From the NCBI GenBank assembly GCA_951406725.2, contig OX597843.1, positions 7,874,001 through 7,938,000 of the forward strand: DNA of 64,000 nt, written 5' to 3'. Each line of letters begins with the position of its first letter. Position 1 is the stretch's first letter. Origin of the DNA: Octopus vulgaris. Its lineage: Eukaryota. Shown here in pieces: positions 57,531 through 64,000 of the stretch. Both the position numbers and the translations under genes were made by a program. Under the pieces are notes generated by a model that was not told the origin of the DNA, ran no database searches, and saw only the letters and a program-made list of their open reading frames with translations.

Positions 57531-57935
57531 GGCGTAGGAGTGGCTGTGTGGTAAGTAGCTTGCTTACGAACCACATGGTTGCGTGGCATCTTGGGCAAGT
57601 GTCTTCTGCTATTGCCCCGGGTCGACCAATGCCTTGTGAGTGGATTTGGTAGACGGAAACTGAAAGAAGCTTGTCGCATATTTGTATATATATATATGTG
57701 TGTATGTGTATGTGTGTGTGTTTGTGTGTGTGTGTTTGTCCCCCCCTAGCATTGCATGACAACCGATGCTTGTGTGTTTCTGTACCCGTAACTTAGCGGT
57801 TCGGCAAAAGAGACCGATATAATAAGTACTGGGCTTACAAAAGAATAAGTCCCGGGGTCGAGTTGTTCGACTAAAGGCGGTGCTCCAGCATGGCCGCAGT
57901 CAAATGACTGAAACAAGTAAAAGAGTAAAAGAGTA
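57531..57935 (+). mobile_element. SINE family A (B-box region deleted)
   Basis: Matches the consensus except that CCGGGTTCAGTCCCACT is missing. Confidence 0.88.
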
Positions 57936-58082
57936 TATCATTAAAATGGTGTAGATAACGACTGCTTTGGAATTTCTAAAGGAAATTTTGTTCGGAGTGC
58001 AGGGTAAGTAGTTATCGGTTGATTCACTCAATTGGACTTTGTTTCCTCATAACTTTCAGTAAAAATTGTTATTTTTTAAGGA

Positions 58083-58262
58083 AATTTGCTATAATTTGAA
58101 AGCAGCGAGCTGACAGAATCTTTAGCATGCCGGAAAAAATGCTTAGCGACATTTCGTCCGTCTTTTGAGTTCTGTGTTGAAATTTCACCGAAGGAGACTT
58201 TGTCTTTATGACAGCGATGCTCCAGCATAGCCGTAGCTTTCGAGTTAAAACTAGTGAAGATA
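58083..58262 (+). mobile_element. degenerate SINE B head joined to a CR1-like tail
   Basis: GCAGCGAGCTGACAGAATCTTTAGCATGCCGG..., then GCGATGCTCCAGCATAGCCGTAGC. Confidence 0.55.
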
Positions 58263-58300
58263 AAAACAACAAAAGAAGACTACTACTACTGCTGCTGCTG

Positions 58301-58360
<60 letters not shown>

Positions 58361-58673
58361 GCAGCGATAGTTTAATTTAAGTAATAAAAAGTTTCAACTG
58401 TTTAACAGCGCAGCAAGTGTATTTGAATAAATTTAAATAAATTTTCAAAATACAAAACACCCTCCCCTGCTTCCCGACCACCCCCCCCAAAAAATCATGA
58501 AAAGTCAAAAGCTAAAAACTTTTGTGGAGGGGTTGGAGAGTGCAGAGTGTAAGTTGTAAAATTGTGTGGTGTATATATATATGTATGTAGTGTGCCGAAG
58601 AAATATATATATATATATATATATATACCTAAGTGTAGTCATATCTACTAATACATGTATGTATGTGTGTGTC

Positions 58674-58802
<129 letters not shown>

Positions 58803-58831
58803 GTATATATATACATCTATATACATATATG

Positions 58832-58917
<86 letters not shown>

Positions 58918-58987
58918 TATATATATATACATCTGAAAATGTCTACATAAGTACATATCCATATAAATATATATACACATAGAAACA

Positions 58988-59019
<32 letters not shown>

Positions 59020-59227
59020 CGCGAAAGATATTTTTTGTATTTAATTTTATATACGCTAAAAAAAATGGCTGCGAATTGAAAGAAAAGTTAAAGACACGCC
59101 ACGACTGTGAAATGTGATTTTTAATTTCTTACAATATCCCCATCCCCGCTCACCTTCTGAAGACAATACACACACACACACATATATACGTACGATACAT
59201 ACATGTGTATGTATATACATACATGTG

Positions 59228-59282
<55 letters not shown>

Positions 59283-59462
59283 GTATGTAGTTGTATATTT
59301 ATACACATATGCATATATCTGTGTATATATGTATATATATATATACGCACGTATATACACACACTGTCTATCTATGAATCAATATCTATTTCTCTATCTT
59401 TCTTTCTTTATTCTTTCTTTCTTTTTATCTGTCTCTCTGTCTATCTATCTATCTATATCTAA

Positions 59463-59495
<33 letters not shown>

Positions 59496-59501
59496 AAGGT
59501 G

Positions 59502-59730
59502 TCTGGGGAGGGTCATTCTATTTTAGTGCCTTATTATTTAACACGCTCACGGGTTCGATTTCCACTCATTTATTTATTTTTCAAATAAACAAGCAAATGA
59601 TTGAAAACCGAACCGGTGAGTGTGTTAAGTAATAAGGCACGAAAAGGAGTGCCTCTCTCCAGAGGCAATAAAATATGCTTCAAAACCCGAGTTCACACAA
59701 AGAAACATGCGAACCAAATACGAAATATAT
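59502..59730. repeat. imperfect inverted repeat of about 70 bp (59502-59571 / 59595-59663), dispersed family
   Basis: The arms are complementary. 59630-59730 is homologous to 6443-6545. Confidence 0.7.
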
Positions 59731-59746
59731 ATATACATAATACGTA

Positions 59747-59885
59747 GGCGCAGATGGCGTGTGGTAGTTGCTCCAACCACACGGTTGGGTCATCCACTGC
59801 GTGGCATCTTGGCAGAGTCTTCGTATAGCCCGGCCGACCAATGCCTTGTGAGGATTTGGTAGACGGAAACAAAAATGTCGTATAT
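59747..59885 (+). mobile_element. SINE A head with many 1-nt deletions
   Basis: Colinear with the consensus but full of single-base losses, possibly sequencing error. Confidence 0.7.
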
Positions 59886-59930
59886 GTATATATATATATA
59901 TATATATATACGTATATATATATATATATA

Positions 59931-60110
59931 TTGATAAAAAAGGTAAGATAACAAAAGAAGGAAAGAGACCTCGATATTATGTAAATAGAGGAATTTATCT
60001 GTAAATATAATATGTGACAATTATTCGGTAGCCAAGATAAAACTCTGAGTTTCGGATGCCGAGGTGGAAATCCACGCCACCATCTCTTCAGTTATCCGGC
60101 CATCGGATAA
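59931..60110 (-). mobile_element. inverted pLTR with a type I HHR (60036-60096) upstream of a PLE GIY-YIG remnant
   Basis: GATAA-CTGAAGA-GATG...CATC-C-GAAA-CTC-a-GAG-TT-TTATC on the minus strand. Homologous to 52282-52544. Confidence 0.75.
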
Positions 60111-60158
60111 AACGCTATGAAAAATGACCGTTACGTCTGGTAACTCTAAAATAAAAAA

Positions 60159-60470
60159 AATTCTATATACCAGTGTAAAATTACTACTCATAATCAAGTA
60201 CATTTTTACATTGGAAGCACGTCTTTACAGTTATCTAAAAGAATTTCTAACCATTACTCAACATTTAGGGATAGGAATAAACGTAACAGTACAAGGCTCA
60301 GTAAATTAATTTGAGATCTAAAAGACCACAATAAACAATTTAATTTAGATTGGTTGATTCTCTCAATCTCGATACCTTATGATAAAGGCAAGGAATTATG
60401 TCTTCTCTGTAATTCTGAACTTTTTTCATTATTTTTTCTAAAAGTTTCCTAATAAACACGGTTATAGAGC
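60159..60470 (+). pseudogene. PLE GIY-YIG endonuclease remnant (a different lineage from 10129-11241); not in the ORF track
   Basis: NSIYQCKITTHNQVHFYIGSTSLQLSKRISNHYSTFRDRNKRNSTRLSKLI*DLKDHNKQFNLDWLILSISIPYDKGKELCLLCNSE, with one in-frame TGA at a Trp position. Confidence 0.8.
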
Positions 60471-60509
60471 GTGCATACCGATGTAGACATTGGCCAAAAC
60501 ACACCTTTA

Positions 60510-60553
<44 letters not shown>

Positions 60554-60611
60554 TATATTAAAACTGCAAAATTATCAAACAACTGGTATTTAGAGTTTTA
60601 CATTCTCGTTC

Positions 60612-62600
60612 CACTACCACCACTGCCACCATCACCACCGAAATGACCACCACTTCAGCTACTACCCTCCTAAACTATCACAACTACCAGAACCAACACA
60701 ACAGCCGCTATTACCTCGACTACCACCATGTCAACGACGACGACGACCAACACCACCACAACTACCACCTTCACCACAATCACCACGACAACCACCACCA
60801 CAACCAGCCCTACTACTACTACTAGTATTATCGACAATACTATCACAACTACGACATCCGCCATCACCAGGACTATCACAACCGCCACTACAACCACCAT
60901 GACCACCACCACCAACACTATCACTAAAACCAACCACCGCCACAATCACCAAAAGCACCATCATCAAGACTAACGGTACAACCGCTGCATTCACCACCAC
61001 CTGAACTATCACACCCGCCACTACCACCACCACCACAACCACCACAAATACCATCTTGACTGCCATCACCACAATCACCACTACAACCATCACCACCACA
61101 ACCATCACCACCATTACCACCACCACCACCACCACCACAATCACTACTACCACCACCAATATTACTACCACTACCACCATCACCACCTCCATGACCACCA
61201 CTATCACCACCACCACCACTGCCTCCACCATCACCCACTACAACCACACCCACTACTACCACCGCCACTACAACCACTACCACTACCACAACCACCACCA
61301 CTACCACCACAACCACCACCAATACCATCTTGACTGCCATCACCACAATCACCACCACAAGCATCACCACCACAACCATAACCACCACCACCATCACTAC
61401 AACCATTACCACCACAATCACTACTACCACCAACAATATTACTACCACTATCACCATCACCACCTCCATCACAACCACCACCACCACAATCACTACTACC
61501 ACCACCACCACCACCATCACCACCTTCATCACCACCACCACTGCCTCCACCATCCCCGCTACAATCATACCCACTACTACCACCACTACCACTACTACTA
61601 CCACCACTACCACCACCACCACCATCACCACAACCATCACGCCTACCACCACCATTGCATGCCCCACTCCCACTGCACCCACTACCTCTGCCACGGTTCG
61701 ATCTCACGCTCATTTGACACCAATATATGTAAATCGTATTAGTTTCCCCCTGACTGGACTGATTCCTTGGAAATTACTGAGACGGGTGGAGGGGGGCGGG
61801 GAGGGAGGCGATAGGACGGTGGGTGGGGTGTGGTGGTAATGTTGGGGGTGGTGGAAGTGGTGGTAGTGGTGGAGTTGGTGGCGGTTGTGGTGGTTGTGGT
61901 GGTAGTGGTGTTGATGATGATAGTGATGGTGGTGGCGGTGGTGGTAGTGGTGTTAATAATGGTGGTAGTGGCAGTGGTGGTGGTAGTGGTGGTTGTGGTG
62001 GTGGTAGTGGTGGTTGTGGTGGTGGTGGTTGTGGTGGTGGTTGTGGTGGTTGTGGTGGTAGTGGCAGTGGTGGTGGTTGTGGTGGTGGTTGTGGTGATGG
62101 TAGTGGTGTTGATGATAGTGATGGTGGTGGCGGTGGTGGTAGTGGTGTTAATAATGGTGGTACTGGCAGTGGTGGTGGTTGTGGTGGTGGTAGTGGTGTT
62201 GTTGATGATAGTGATGGTGGTGGCGGTGGTGGTAGCGGTGTAAATAATGGTGGTAGTGGTGGTGGTGGTTGTGGTTGTGGTAGTGGTAGAGGTTGTAGTC
62301 GTAGCGGTAGTTATGGTGGTGTGGGTAGTGGCAGTGGTGGTGGTTGTGGTGGTGGTGGTGGTGGTGGTAGAGGGTGTGGTTGTAGTGGTGGGGGCAGTGG
62401 TGTTGATGGTATCGGTGGTGATAGAGGTAGTGATGGTGGTGGTGATGGTGGAGACGATCGTGGTGGTGATTGTGGTGATGGTAGTCCTGATGGTAATGGT
62501 GGTGGTGGTGGTCGTGGAATCGTGTTTGTAGCAGTGGTTGTTGTCCATGTTGTAACTGTTGTTCTCGGTAGTTGCTACAGTGGTAGTGGTAGTGGTGGTG
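60612..62600. repeat. (ACC)n-rich block (60612-61692) and (GGT)n-rich block (61820-62600)
   Basis: Direct reading. Both blocks contain internal duplications. Confidence 0.9.
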
Positions 62601-62970
62601 GCCACGGTGCCACATGAGTAGCCTTACCATCGACGGCGGTGGTGGAGCTGCTCCAGGTAGGTGTAGTACAGATGGCGATGGTAGCGGTGGTGGCTGTGCT
62701 AGTAAAGAGGGGTAGCAGGGACAGTGAAATAGTACTGGTGGCGGTGGTGGTGTACCCTTAACGTAATGGTGGAGGTACAGTACGTCTGTGAACAAGACTA
62801 CATGTTTCAATTAACGGTATAATTCACCCGAAAGAGCTTCACTACAGTTTCAGTTTATCAAACTTTACTCTCAAGGAATGGGTCATCATTAACGCATTAT
62901 ACCCCAACACTTACCCTGTAATGTTGAAATCGGGGTCTTATTGTTGCGAAACAAACTTATAACCCATATA

Positions 62971-63135
62971 GGCGCAGGAGTGGCTGTGTGGTAAGTAGCT
63001 TGCTAACCAACCACATGGTTCCGGGTTCAGTCCCACTGCGTGGCACCTTGGGCAAGTGTCTTCTACTATAGCCTTGGGCCGACCAAAGCCTTGTGAGTGG
63101 ATTTGGTAGACGGAAACTGAAAGAAGCTCCTCGTA
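62971..63135 (+). mobile_element. SINE A head
   Basis: Matches the consensus up to GAAAGAAGC. Confidence 0.88.
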
Positions 63136-63229
63136 CACCGCCTTCTTCGTCTGCCGTAAGGCATTATTTTTCAAATACGCCAGCTAAGTTCAACTGTCTA
63201 AAGTCGAAAGACGCCTGTTGTTTTTGTCC

Positions 63230-63300
<71 letters not shown>

Positions 63301-63461
63301 TTTTTTGTATTTATATTCGTATTATTATTATTTTTTTTTTTTGTATTTACATTCGTGTAGCGTCGTCCGTTTTTCTGTCCTTATTTCGTATACATTCGAT
63401 CCTTTTTCCAAGAAATCTAATGCTCGTAGCTTAGTTTTTCCCTGGGGCTGGACAGATCGGA

Positions 63462-63527
63462 GCAATCTCAAGATTAATCAGCCGAAATTGCGAGGATGAT
63501 CCGGATCTTGACTGAAGATTAGTGGCT
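63462..63527 (+). ncRNA. candidate rearranged hammerhead ribozyme
   Basis: GCAAT-C-TCAAGAT...AGCC-GAAA-TTGC...ATCTTGA-CTGAAGA. Stems III (5 bp) and I (7 bp) pair; stem II is uncertain. Confidence 0.35.
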
Positions 63528-63596
63528 TCGAATGACCCGTCCGTTTTTTGTATCGTCTATTTGAATGTTTTGCGTTCTTGTCCCATTTTGTATTTT

Positions 63597-63629
<33 letters not shown>

Positions 63630-63641
63630 GACATAATTTAC

Positions 63642-63912
63642 AACTAATGTAGGATAAAAATTTTTCCGAGAAAAAATTGGACCAATACGGTAATAACGAA
63701 TTTTTTAGAGATTTCTATCGGTTTGTTTCGAGACGCATAAATTATAATGGTTTATTGACAGTTATTGTCTTTTTTTCGGCGTATTTGGCATTAGAATTTT
63801 TCTTTTGCCCTTATCATGTAAATTATTTATAAATTTAACCTTTAAAGGTATTTTTTGATATGCTGGCCATTGCTAAAATTTTTTTCCCGAAAAAATTTTT
63901 ATCCTACATTAG

Positions 63913-63914
<2 letters not shown>
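63642..63914. mobile_element. MITE-like element in (TA)n
   Basis: Terminal inverted repeats AACTAATGTAGGATAAAAATTTTT / AAAAATTTTTATCCTACATTAGTT, with no coding capacity. Confidence 0.65.
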
Positions 63915-63966
<52 letters not shown>

Positions 63967-64000
63967 TGTGTGTGTGTGTGTGTGTGTCTGTGTGTGTGTT

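Noticed and set aside
61739-62605. Thr-rich mucin-like ORF (and the His/Thr-rich ORFs at 14873-17097)
   Set aside because: All frames on both strands are similarly open, there are no flanking domains or convincing splice context, and the sequence is (ACC)n low complexity.
62912-62945. TACCCTGTA, similar to the miR-10 5' end
   Set aside because: The match stops after 9 nt and there is no precursor hairpin. It lies in a decayed antisense SINE-like stretch.

Overview
AT-rich eukaryotic intergenic or intronic DNA, packed with microsatellites ((TA)n, (TATG)n, (TATC)n, (TAA)n, (GAT)n, (ACC)n, (CTT)n). The repeat families point to a coleoid cephalopod, probably Octopus; this is an inference. No host protein-coding exon can be supported, and almost every ORF in the track is a translated microsatellite. 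Recognisable content: a young, 5'-truncated Penelope-like retroelement (PLE; RT YLDD motif plus GIY-YIG) between perfect 295-bp inverted pLTRs; a second PLE GIY-YIG remnant; about 20 copies or fragments of a tRNA/CORE-type SINE that shares its 3' hairpin with a CR1-group LINE; two other SINE families; CR1, R4/Dong, RTE and L1/Tx1 fragments; Tc1 and mariner remnants; several MITEs; and a 35-bp minisatellite. The most notable signal is a diverse set of hammerhead-ribozyme (HHR) motifs in short PLE-like units, most of them next to (TA)n arrays. They include covarying U3-A8 cores, a family-wide non-canonical CUGYNGAA core, ribozymes sitting inside inverted repeats, and candidates whose three strands are in a non-circularly permuted order.
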